Of a stretch of 64,000 bases of DNA, positions 50,029 through 58,881 are shown in pieces; the stretch's first letter is position 1, and each line of letters opens with the position of its first letter. The position numbers and the translations under genes are program-made. The stretch is from Gammaproteobacteria bacterium RIFCSPHIGHO2_12_FULL_35_23 (GTDB taxonomy: Bacteria; Pseudomonadota; Gammaproteobacteria; UBA12402): the NCBI GenBank assembly GCA_001801465.1, contig MGXT01000020.1, positions 134,228 to 198,227 on the forward strand. The letters are read 5' to 3'. The notes beneath the pieces were generated by a model, which was not told where the DNA came from, did no database searches, and saw only the letters and a program-made list of their open reading frames with translations.

Positions 50029-51078
50029 ATGATAAAAGCACACGGTTATGCTGTACAAAGTTCCACAAGCAATTTACAACTTTTTTCATTTGAGCGTCGT
50101 GATCCTAAAGAGCAAGATGTATTAATTCAAATTCTTTTTTGTGGTATTTGTCATTCTGATATACATCAAGCACGTAATGAATGGGGTATTTCTCTTTATC
50201 CCATGGTTCCAGGACATGAAATCGTAGGCAGGGTTTTACAAGTTGGTTCAAAAGTTAAGAAATTCAAAGTTAATGATTTAGTTGGTGTTGGCTGTATGGT
50301 GGATTCTTGTAGAGTTTGTTTTAGCTGTCGACATGATTTGCAACAATTTTGTGAACAAGGAGCTACTTTAACGTATAATAGTTATGAAAAAGATGGCAAA
50401 ACCGTGACTATGGGTGGTTATTCAAATTTAATAGTAGTAAATGAAGATTTTGTTTTAAAAATTTCCGCAACGAATAATTTAGCAGGTACAGCACCTTTAC
50501 TCTGTGCAGGAATCACCACTTATTCTCCTTTGCGACATTGGAAAGTTGGTAAAGGGACTAAGGTTGGAATTGTAGGATTGGGTGGATTGGGTCATATGGC
50601 AATTAAAATTGCTCAAGCATTACAAGCTAACGTAACAGTATTTACAACTTCAATAAAAAAACGTGAAGATGCTTTGCGTCTTGGTGCCAATCAGGTTGTT
50701 CTTTCTACAGATACTAGCGCAATGGAAAAACAAGTTAAGAATTTTGATTTAATTTTAGATACAGTTTCTGGTGATCACGATATTAATCAATACTTAAGTT
50801 TACTCAAAACGGATGGAACCATGGTAATGGTAGGATTACCTGAAAAACATCCAACAATCAATTTATGGCAGTTACTAGGTCGGCGTAATATTTCTGGTTC
50901 TTTTATTGGGGGTATTGCAGAAACTCAAGAAATGTTGGATTTTTGTGCCAAACATAATATTACTGCTGATATTGAATTAATACCCATTGCTAAAGTAAAT
51001 GAAGCCTGCGCACGACTTGTTAAGGGTGATGTAAAATATCGCTTTGTAATTGATATGAGCTCATTAGCTACCGGGTAA
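50029..51078 (+). CDS. zinc-dependent NADPH alcohol dehydrogenase/aldehyde reductase (CAD family)
   Basis: CGICHSD, GHEIVG, structural-Zn cysteines, APLLCAGITTYSPL, GLGGLGHM, DVKYRFVID. Confidence 0.94.
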   Translation: MIKAHGYAVQSSTSNLQLFSFERRDPKEQDVLIQILFCGICHSDIHQARNEWGISLYPMVPGHEIVGRVLQVGSKVKKFKVNDLVGVGCMVDSCRVCFSCRHDLQQFCEQGATLTYNSYEKDGKTVTMGGYSNLIVVNEDFVLKISATNNLAGTAPLLCAGITTYSPLRHWKVGKGTKVGIVGLGGLGHMAIKIAQALQANVTVFTTSIKKREDALRLGANQVVLSTDTSAMEKQVKNFDLILDTVSGDHDINQYLSLLKTDGTMVMVGLPEKHPTINLWQLLGRRNISGSFIGGIAETQEMLDFCAKHNITADIELIPIAKVNEACARLVKGDVKYRFVIDMSSLATG

Positions 51079-51186
51079 TTATCTTATTATTTTTTAATAA
51101 AAAATTATTGAAATTCAATAATAAAATTGCTAGACTATCTTTTGTCTCTGGAGATGTCTATTTATTTATCAATTAAGGAGATTTCT

Positions 51187-51585
51187 ATGAAAGTAAAACT
51201 AGCATTATTAGGCTTATTGTCAGGCGCTACCTTGTCTGCCATGGCAAATCAAGTGCATATTCAAAATGTTTCTCAAGATAAAACCCCTTTGGCTATAAAC
51301 TATCAAATTGCACATCAAGACGCTAATCAGCAGGTAATTCTTAGTGAAATTAAAACAGCAGAGCTATCTAATAGCGTAGATATTCCTGTTAACTTAGGTA
51401 CCTATCGTTATGCAGGGATAGTACTTGATGGTGTCAATGGCCATGAAATTCCTGATACTTACAAGCAGTTTTTAGTACCAGGATCCTGCTCTGTTGCTAC
51501 TGATTTAATTCACCCACAAGGAAGATTAAATCTATTCTATCAGATTGATCAGGACGAGCATGGTAAAATAGCTTGTTCAACCTAA
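51187..51585 (+). CDS. secreted hypothetical protein
   Basis: ATG 51187 after AAGGAG, signal peptide MKVKLALLGLLSGATLSAMA; upstream TTGAAA-17-TAGACT. Confidence 0.72.
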   Translation: MKVKLALLGLLSGATLSAMANQVHIQNVSQDKTPLAINYQIAHQDANQQVILSEIKTAELSNSVDIPVNLGTYRYAGIVLDGVNGHEIPDTYKQFLVPGSCSVATDLIHPQGRLNLFYQIDQDEHGKIACST

Positions 51586-51609
51586 GAAAGTTAGTGTAGC
51601 TAATAAATA

Positions 51610-51637
51610 ATAAGAGCTGGATAATACCAGCTCTTAT
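51610..51637. terminator. hairpin terminator
   Basis: ATAAGAGCTGG-ATAATA-CCAGCTCTTAT. Confidence 0.65.
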
Positions 51638-51739
51638 AAATAATATTTAATATAGATCTCGCTAAGATAGATTACAGGACTATTATTATGATTTTTAAAA
51701 AGATAGTATAATAGGAGTATTATTGCAGAGGCGTTTATT

Positions 51740-52696
51740 ATGAAGGCTGTACAAATTTCTCAATTTGGAAGTGTTGATGTTTTATCAGTAGTAGAGTTAG
51801 AAATCCCCAAGCCTAAAGAAAATGAATTATTAATAAAAGTTAAGGCAGCAGGCATTAATCCCGTTGATTGTAAGATCCGCAGAGGCTTACATCATAGTGC
51901 AAAGAAATTCAAAGATAAATTTCCTATTGGTTTGGGTTTTGAAATGTCGGGTCAAGTCGTGACAGCTGGTTCAATAAGTAAAGAGTTTATTCCAGGAGAA
52001 AGAGTCTGTGGTTTTGTTGGACATCGAGATAATCCTCGTTGTTATGCAGAATATGTGGTTACAATTGATGAAAAACTTATTCAAGTACCAGAGGGGATAA
52101 GTGATGAGGAAGCCGCAGCTTTGCCATTGGCTGGATTAACAGCATTGCAGGCTTTAAGACTGGCAAAAATAGGTGCTGGTGACAGAGTTTTAATTCATGC
52201 GGGTGCTGGGGGAGTGGGACATTTAGCTATTCAATTGGTAAAATTAATGGGAGCCTATGTGATTACTACCGCCTCCCCAGCTAATCATGCTTTTTTATTT
52301 GAACTAGGCGCTGATGAATGTATTGATTATCATCAACAAGATTTTGTAAAAGTAGTTAAACAAGTTGATAAAGTGATTGATTTAGTAGGTAGCGAGGTTG
52401 GACTTCGTTCTTTAGAAGTTGTTGCTCTTCATGGGAAATTAATCACGGTACCTTCTGCTACAGCTGAACAGATTATTAAAGTTGCAGAAAGTAAGAAAAT
52501 CGATGCACAGGGCATCAGTATGGATAGTAATAAAAAAGATTTAACTTATTTAATGGGGCTCATGGCTCAAAAAAAATTAAAAGTTTTTGTGAGCAGAACT
52601 TTTCCAATTGATGAAGTAAAAGCAGCTCAGCAACTGATTGAGTCAGGTAAAACTAAAGGAAAAATAGCTCTTGTTTTTAAATGGTATAATTTTTAA
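51740..52696 (+). CDS. NADPH:quinone reductase/zeta-crystallin-like oxidoreductase
   Basis: AAGINPVD, AAALPLAGLTALQAL, VLIHAGAGGVGHLAIQ, GKTKGKI. Confidence 0.92.
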   Translation: MKAVQISQFGSVDVLSVVELEIPKPKENELLIKVKAAGINPVDCKIRRGLHHSAKKFKDKFPIGLGFEMSGQVVTAGSISKEFIPGERVCGFVGHRDNPRCYAEYVVTIDEKLIQVPEGISDEEAAALPLAGLTALQALRLAKIGAGDRVLIHAGAGGVGHLAIQLVKLMGAYVITTASPANHAFLFELGADECIDYHQQDFVKVVKQVDKVIDLVGSEVGLRSLEVVALHGKLITVPSATAEQIIKVAESKKIDAQGISMDSNKKDLTYLMGLMAQKKLKVFVSRTFPIDEVKAAQQLIESGKTKGKIALVFKWYNF

Positions 52697-53465
52697 TTAT
52701 TGACGCAAAAAGTTTTGGTTCTTCAACATTGCTGGCATGGCCACCAGTTAAGGTCATTAAAATGCAATCGGGAATTTTTTTTGCTAATGATACGGACTCT
52801 TCATAGGGACAAATCTGATCTTGTAAAGAACCGACTACTATAGTAGGCACTTTTATTTTATTGCTCCAATTAGTTGAATTAAATTTCGTTAAGACTTGGT
52901 ATTGATGTTTATAGCCAATCATTGATTGTGCATAAGGATATTCATTACTAGTGGTAATAACCAAATCAACAAATTTTTTCGTTAGATAATCTTTAGGAAA
53001 GGCAAAAGGTAAAAATTGATTAATAATTTCTCCTGGCCTAGCATTTTGTTCATGAAGCTTTAAAGTTTCATGAAATAAGTTTTTTGAAAAATCATTAAAA
53101 TGTTCAAAAGTATTAAATAGAAATAGTTTTTTAACTTTTTCAGGGAACTGATAAGCAAAGCTTTGAGCTATTGCTCCACCTAGTGAATGACCTACAATAT
53201 AAGCAGAGTTAATCTTTAAATAGTCGAGAAGGTTATGTATATCTTTAGCCATTTCTTCAACAGAAAATGAAGTGTTTTCATCATATAAAGTTTGGCCTGT
53301 GCCGCGATTATCTAACAAAATAAGTTGGTAATCAGACATTAATTCGTTTACTATTAGCGCCCAATTAATATGATCTGCTTTTAAACCGTTAATTAAGACG
53401 ACAGGCTGACCTTGGCCAATAACTTCATAATAAGTAGTAGTTTCTTTTAGTTTTGCAAAAGGCAT
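52677..53465 (-). CDS. alpha/beta hydrolase (enol-lactonase-like)
   Basis: LDNRGTG, GHSLGG nucleophile elbow, GS.QD, GGHAS.VEEP. Confidence 0.9.
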   Translation of the reverse strand: MPFAKLKETTTYYEVIGQGQPVVLINGLKADHINWALIVNELMSDYQLILLDNRGTGQTLYDENTSFSVEEMAKDIHNLLDYLKINSAYIVGHSLGGAIAQSFAYQFPEKVKKLFLFNTFEHFNDFSKNLFHETLKLHEQNARPGEIINQFLPFAFPKDYLTKKFVDLVITTSNEYPYAQSMIGYKHQYQVLTKFNSTNWSNKIKVPTIVVGSLQDQICPYEESVSLAKKIPDCILMTLTGGHASNVEEPKLFASIIKNYTI

Positions 53466-53475
53466 GTTGATCTCC

Positions 53476-53826
53476 TTAACGTGGTTGTTCTAATACTTCT
53501 TTTAATAGTCTTAGGGCATTACTGGCTGCAGCCATACCAGCATAAATCACCATTTGTAAAATTACCTCAATAATTTCTTGTTGAGTGACCCCTATATGGA
53601 GCGCTGCTTCATAATGGGCTCGCAATTGTATATTAAAGGAGCCGCTCATAATGCAGGCAGCAATAATGACTAACGCTCTAGTTTTAAGACCAATACCAGT
53701 TCGACTAGCTACCTCGCCAAAAGGTCATTCTATGGTCATATCTAGCAATTCTGGAGAGAGGCTGCCTAGCTCTTCTACTAAGGCCATACCACTATGGCCG
53801 CCATGGATAGGTTTATTTGTTAACAT
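53476..53826 (-). pseudogene. carboxymuconolactone-decarboxylase (CMD/AhpD)-family gene with one in-frame TGA at codon 34
   Basis: ...LSPELLDMTIE*PFGEVASRTGIGLKTRALVIIAA...QLRAHYEAALHIGVTQQEIIEVILQMVIYAG; not in the ORF track. Confidence 0.85.
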
Positions 53827-53896
53827 TTTATTATTTGCATTTAATAAATAGAATAGCCATAATAGTTAAACCATTATTGCATAAAGTGAAATAATC

Positions 53897-54787
53897 ATGT
53901 TGGAGCAAATCAAGGCCTTTTGTGAGGTGGTTAAAAGAGGAGGTCTGACTAAAGCAGCTCGTAGTTTGGCAATTTCAACTCCTATGGTGACCCGAAGAAT
54001 CCAGCAACTTGAGTTGGATCTTAAGGCTGAGCTTTTTCATCGCACAACAAGACAGGTCTTATTAACTGAGGCAGGTAAATTATTTTATCAGCATGCTTTA
54101 GAAATGATGGCCCACTATGAGGCTGGCGAAAATGCAGTAGCAAGTCTTGCCGAGCAAGTAACAGGTACTCTTAAAATAGGATTGCCTTTATCGATTAGTT
54201 ATTTTTGGGTAACTACAGTTTTAAATAAGTTTTATAACCAATATCCTCATATTAATATTCACTTTGTAAATGGTAATCATTTAACTAATTTTTTAGCGGA
54301 GGGATTTGATATAGTTGTTCATTGTGGCACACTACCAGACTCCCGTTTTTATTTTAAAAAAATTCGTGATTGGAAGAAAATTACCTGTGCTGCACCTGCG
54401 TATTTAAAGCAATACGGTACGCCTAAAAAACCACAAGAGTTATTACAACATAAATGTATTGATCATTATGATAACTATACCCAAAGTTGGCGCTATCAAG
54501 TGAATAATAAACAGGAGGAGGTTGTAATTCAAGCTCACTTCAAAGCAAATAATAGTCTTGATATTAAGAACTTGGCTGAAATTGGTTTAGGAATAGCTTA
54601 TTTACCAGATTTTGTAGTGATTTCTGCTTTAAGTGATAATAAGTTAGTCTCAATTTTAGAAAGCTATCAACCAGAACCACTTGGTATTTATTTGGTTTAT
54701 GCTAGCAAACAGTTTTTAAGTAAAAAAACTAAAGTTATGCTAGAATTTTTAACTGCTTGCTTACAACAAGAAGTTAAAGTTACTTAA
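53897..54787 (+). CDS. LysR-family regulator (CrgA/DmlR-like)
   Basis: HTH TKAAR.L..S..VTRRI..LE..L...LF.RTTR...LTEAG; CAAPAYL..YGTP..P..L..H.CI; divergent from CMD-hydrolase pair. Confidence 0.94.
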   Translation: MLEQIKAFCEVVKRGGLTKAARSLAISTPMVTRRIQQLELDLKAELFHRTTRQVLLTEAGKLFYQHALEMMAHYEAGENAVASLAEQVTGTLKIGLPLSISYFWVTTVLNKFYNQYPHINIHFVNGNHLTNFLAEGFDIVVHCGTLPDSRFYFKKIRDWKKITCAAPAYLKQYGTPKKPQELLQHKCIDHYDNYTQSWRYQVNNKQEEVVIQAHFKANNSLDIKNLAEIGLGIAYLPDFVVISALSDNKLVSILESYQPEPLGIYLVYASKQFLSKKTKVMLEFLTACLQQEVKVT

Positions 54788-55377
54788 TTGTTCATTAGTA
54801 TTTGAGCCAATTTAAAAGGTGCTGTTTGCATAGGATTATGCGTAGCATTTAATTCGAAATAAGTCCAATTATTAATGTTATGCAATACTTTTTTAGACAT
54901 AGCTTCAGTCACTGATTTAAATTCACTTCTTTGACAAAAAATAAATGTTTTAGGAATATTTTTAATTAAAGAAGAGTCAAAGGTTATAGGAGTAATAAAA
55001 GGTGGATAGGGATCAAGATGATAATGATTGATTGCATCCAAACCCGTAGCATTAATTATTTCAAATAAAGATTGGTTGTTATCAGGTATTGCAGCGTCCA
55101 CATAAATTAAACGATTAATTCGCCGAGTAAGGTTATTAGCAATACCAGTAACTACCATGCCACCATAACTATGACCGACTAAAATAACATCTTTAATATT
55201 TTGTGACTCAATTAATTGACAAATGGAGGCAATGTGTTCTGTAAGAGTACTAGTTTTTTCATCAAGCAGAGTGGGTGTCCAAATTTGGTGGTGGTTTGCT
55301 ATTAAAAAATTGGCAACTTTTTCCCATACTTGTCCATTACTATTGCCACCATGAATTAAAACATAATTTGACATCAT
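54784..55377 (-). CDS. short alpha/beta hydrolase (esterase-like)
   Basis: YVLIHG, LVGHSYGGMV, LIYVDA..P, ATHNPM. Confidence 0.85.
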   Translation of the reverse strand: MMSNYVLIHGGNSNGQVWEKVANFLIANHHQIWTPTLLDEKTSTLTEHIASICQLIESQNIKDVILVGHSYGGMVVTGIANNLTRRINRLIYVDAAIPDNNQSLFEIINATGLDAINHYHLDPYPPFITPITFDSSLIKNIPKTFIFCQRSEFKSVTEAMSKKVLHNINNWTYFELNATHNPMQTAPFKLAQILMNN

Positions 55378-55456
55378 GATCTCTTCTCTATTTAATCTAT
55401 CTTATATTATGATAAGAATTTGTCATTACTATTTAACATAGTATCGGAAAAAATAA

Positions 55457-56845
55457 ATGCAATTGAAACAGTATCAATTTTTTGTTGCAATAATTTATAC
55501 GGTTGTATTATTTTTGGATCGATTAGATTTAACCATTGTTAATGTAACCTTGCCAACGGTTGCTCATTATTTTCATGTGCCTTTAGTTACTACCGATTGG
55601 ATTACTATGGCTTTTTTATTAGCTTTAGCACTTTCTATTCCAGTAAGTAGCTGGTTAGGAGAGCGTTTCGGATTAAAGCGTATTTATATTTTGGCCATGG
55701 CTCTTTTTGGCTTGGGGGCTACATTATGTTTTTTTGCGCCTAATTTAGAGTTTTTAATTGCTTGTCGATGGTTACAAGGTATAGGGGGCGGCTTATTAAT
55801 ACCTGTCGGTTTAACTATGCTTTATCAGATTTATGATAAAGCAGGCTATGCAAGTATTACCAGCTGGACTTTTTTACCAGCCTTAATCGCTCCTGCTGTT
55901 GCACCATTTTTAGGAGGATTAATTTTAGAGAGTTTGGGTTGGCAATATGTTTTTATTTTATCAGGCCCTCTTGCCTTGGTATTAGCAATAGTTGCAGGTA
56001 TAGGCTTATTCAAGGATGAGAAGCAACCATTTTTATCTCCTTTTGACTGGCAGGGTTATGGATTGTGCAGTTTATTTTTAATTATTTTATTTTTATTATT
56101 ATCAGAGTTAGGAAGATTTGGTTTTACTAAACTAAGTTTAATAGAATTGCTTGGTTTAATTAGCTTATTTTTATTATTAATAAAATCATTGCAGCATAAG
56201 CAAAATCCCTTAATTAATTTAAATTATTTTAAAAATAAATATTTTCAGTTAGCGAATGGATTGCAATTTTGTTTTCAGTTTTGCCATTTTGGCGCCATTT
56301 TTTTAATTAATCTTTATTTACAGATTGGTCTTGGGATGTCAGCTAAAATGGCTGGTTTTATAATGGGTGTCCAGGCAATTGGAGCGATGGTTATTAGTCG
56401 TTATGTAGTGAGGTTATTTGCTCTTTATGGTGCTAAGTTACCCCTTACACTTGGACTTTTAGGCGTAGGGATTTCTAGCCCATGCATATTATTTATTCAT
56501 AGTTCTGTCATGCTGACTTTTGGATCTTTACTTTTTTTTATCAGAGGTATTTTTAGTGGTCTTTGTGGCACCCCTATTCAGACATTAAGTGTGGAAGGGT
56601 TTAAAAAAAATGAAATTAATCAAATAAATAGTATTTTTAATGCAGGACGACAAATTGCAATTAGCTTAGGGGTTGCCATCTCTTCTATTTTAATTTCCTT
56701 AGGGATAAGGCTAAATAATGCACAAGTTAGCACGATTCATTTTGGACAAGCATTAAAAGTATTTAGTTTAGGATTTTTAGCGATTACACTGGTTGCTATG
56801 CTAGGAGTAATTATCGCCCAACAAATACCAGAAACTAAGCATTAA
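55457..56845 (+). CDS. DHA2-family MFS efflux transporter
   Basis: LD.TIVNVTLP, WLGERFGLKR, RWLQGIGGG, APAVAPFLGG; about 14 TM. Confidence 0.9.
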   Translation: MQLKQYQFFVAIIYTVVLFLDRLDLTIVNVTLPTVAHYFHVPLVTTDWITMAFLLALALSIPVSSWLGERFGLKRIYILAMALFGLGATLCFFAPNLEFLIACRWLQGIGGGLLIPVGLTMLYQIYDKAGYASITSWTFLPALIAPAVAPFLGGLILESLGWQYVFILSGPLALVLAIVAGIGLFKDEKQPFLSPFDWQGYGLCSLFLIILFLLLSELGRFGFTKLSLIELLGLISLFLLLIKSLQHKQNPLINLNYFKNKYFQLANGLQFCFQFCHFGAIFLINLYLQIGLGMSAKMAGFIMGVQAIGAMVISRYVVRLFALYGAKLPLTLGLLGVGISSPCILFIHSSVMLTFGSLLFFIRGIFSGLCGTPIQTLSVEGFKKNEINQINSIFNAGRQIAISLGVAISSILISLGIRLNNAQVSTIHFGQALKVFSLGFLAITLVAMLGVIIAQQIPETKH

Positions 56846-56866
56846 TAAATTTCATAAAGGTTGAGA

Positions 56867-57280
56867 ATGGTTGCATTAATAATTAATGATGTTCCAATAG
56901 AATGTATTATGCAGGCTGCTAGGCAGTATTATTTGCCAGTGGCTTTAGTAATTTCGGTGCTCAAAGCAGAGAATGGGGCAGTAGGGGAAGCCAATGTTAA
57001 TAAGAATGGCACTATTGATTATGGCCCTATGCAAATTAATTCAGTATGGTTGAAACAAATTGAACCTTACGGCTATACCGTTCAAGATTTACAATATAAT
57101 CCTTGTGTCAATGTGCAAGTGGGTGCTTGGATCTTGGCTCAGCAAGTTGCAAATGGATCTTCCTTGTGGCAAGGAGTTGGTGATTATCATTCTCATTCTT
57201 ATTATCAAAATCAACTTTATAGTTCTCGGGTTAGCCAATACTATTATTATTTAATGAAAGCTCTCTCAGGACGCGATTAA
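56867..57280 (+). CDS. lytic transglycosylase, TrbN/IagB-like
   Basis: C...AA..Y.LP..LV.SVL.AENG (catalytic Glu), N.NGT.DYGPMQINS.W, VGDYHS. Confidence 0.88.
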   Translation: MVALIINDVPIECIMQAARQYYLPVALVISVLKAENGAVGEANVNKNGTIDYGPMQINSVWLKQIEPYGYTVQDLQYNPCVNVQVGAWILAQQVANGSSLWQGVGDYHSHSYYQNQLYSSRVSQYYYYLMKALSGRD

Positions 57281-58470
57281 TAATCAACAGCTTTATAGGT
57301 CACCGCTAAAGGAACGCGAACCAAGTCTCGATTACGACGATTAAACTCTGGTGAGCGGGGATTAAAACGCGTGTAGTATAAATAAGGATGTGCTCCTGAA
57401 TAAACAAAATTTCGACCAGCGCTACTAGGATCTAATAAGCTAGGATAACCAATTCCAGTTTGATTAGGATTGCTATTCATCCAGGAAATTTGCAGCAATG
57501 CCCTAGGGGGAGCCCAGTGCAACATGTCTGGACTGGTGCTGTAAACAATAGTTTGTCCTTGGCCATGGAAATTTGGTGCAATGCCGATCGCTAGATATTG
57601 ATGAATCACTGTATTATAAGTCCAGCTAAAGCGAAAGATAGGCTTAGTAACAGGTTGACAAGGAGTGGTGGCAGTTTTATCTGGAAATAAATAGGGGTTA
57701 ACAGATAAGTTGACAGTGAAAGCCGCTCCATCCCAGCCGCGCCAAGAAGTTGGATCATTAATAGTATTGGTTCTAAATAAACACATACCTGCTGGCCAGC
57801 CAGGGACCACTACATCAACCAACATATAATAATAACCATTGCTTTCAATAATATTAGTTTGAGCAGGAATGCTTCCGGTTTGGCCTATTTTAAAGGGTAA
57901 AGGTGACACTAAAGCAGTCTGAATATTGCCATGATTATCATGAATTAATTGGTAGGTTTTACCTCCATCGTTAGAATTTGCTGCGATTAGGTTCCAGTAT
58001 TGGCAAATTTTGCTTTTTTGACTGCTAGGACAATAAGTGGGGCTTTGCAATTCACCATGAAACTCATTGTGGATGAGTGCATAAATCGTTTTACCATCAT
58101 TGGTCCAAGTGTTAACAATCCAAAGTTTATTATTAAAGCTACTAGGAGGAGCTTGGAGTTGGCCATAAGTACCTGGTTCGGTAATGCTAGAGTTAGTACA
58201 GGTATGGACAAGTGGACCATTTAAAGAGCTCCCAGTGGTATTTTGCATAAATCCATTTTCACCACTGCCAAAAACTAACTGCACTTGATTATTATTATCA
58301 ATAAAAGCTCTAACAGGATTATCAGGAAAATCAAATGGGGAACAGTGTTGCGAGGCATATTGATAAATAGTTTCTTCAGGACCTATGATTTTTACTTGAA
58401 AAGGAGTAGCAAAAATTTTTTCAATTGCCAAGAGTAAGAGGAGTACAGTAAAAAATCTCAAAATTTTCAT
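57277..58470 (-). CDS. secreted beta-propeller (Asp-box) protein, possible glycoside hydrolase
   Basis: signal peptide, Asp-box SNDGGKTY and STSPDMLHW, HNEFHG, YPSLLDP. Confidence 0.7.
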   Translation of the reverse strand: MKILRFFTVLLLLLAIEKIFATPFQVKIIGPEETIYQYASQHCSPFDFPDNPVRAFIDNNNQVQLVFGSGENGFMQNTTGSSLNGPLVHTCTNSSITEPGTYGQLQAPPSSFNNKLWIVNTWTNDGKTIYALIHNEFHGELQSPTYCPSSQKSKICQYWNLIAANSNDGGKTYQLIHDNHGNIQTALVSPLPFKIGQTGSIPAQTNIIESNGYYYMLVDVVVPGWPAGMCLFRTNTINDPTSWRGWDGAAFTVNLSVNPYLFPDKTATTPCQPVTKPIFRFSWTYNTVIHQYLAIGIAPNFHGQGQTIVYSTSPDMLHWAPPRALLQISWMNSNPNQTGIGYPSLLDPSSAGRNFVYSGAHPYLYYTRFNPRSPEFNRRNRDLVRVPLAVTYKAVDY

Positions 58471-58781
58471 AAAGGTCCCTCCTGTTGAGATGCCTTTTTA
58501 CTATATCAGTAAAGAAAATATTTGCATCTAATTTTTATTAGAGAGGGCAAAAATCCTTAATCGGAAATGATCTTAATTAAAAACTAGAAGCGTTTAGGCT
58601 GAAATAGAATTTTATAGTTGACAGGCTAAATAAGTTGATTATTCTTGCAGGGCCTTGCTGATAAGAGTTGCTAAGATGAGTGAAGCTAAAAATAACACTA
58701 AGCCAGGCGACTAAATCTAAAAGATTACAGTACTTTAAAATAAGCTATTAACCTTAAAATAATGCTTAAATAGTAAATTTT

Positions 58782-58814
58782 CTTAATAAAAGCTTAAGTA
58801 AAATAGTTTAATAT
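58782..58814 (+). promoter_or_regulatory. PmrA-like direct repeat plus -10 box
   Basis: CTTAATAAA-AG-CTTAAGTAA-N7-TAATAT. Confidence 0.55.
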
Positions 58815-58881
58815 TCGTGCAACAATTTAGAGATGTGATAATTTAAAAACTCAGTTTCAATAACTTAGAATAAGAGCCTTT

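Noticed and set aside
53725..53727. Stop-codon reassignment (TGA=Trp, or TAA/TAG=Gln) to explain in-frame stops
   Set aside because: TAA and TAG end core genes at their expected C-termini, TGA ends the kinase, DUF917 and 43526 genes, and TGG is used for Trp throughout; standard code fits
58618..58720. TTGACA-16-TATTCT promoter with a possible small RNA
   Set aside because: No convincing stem or terminator follows; could simply be an upstream promoter of 58882
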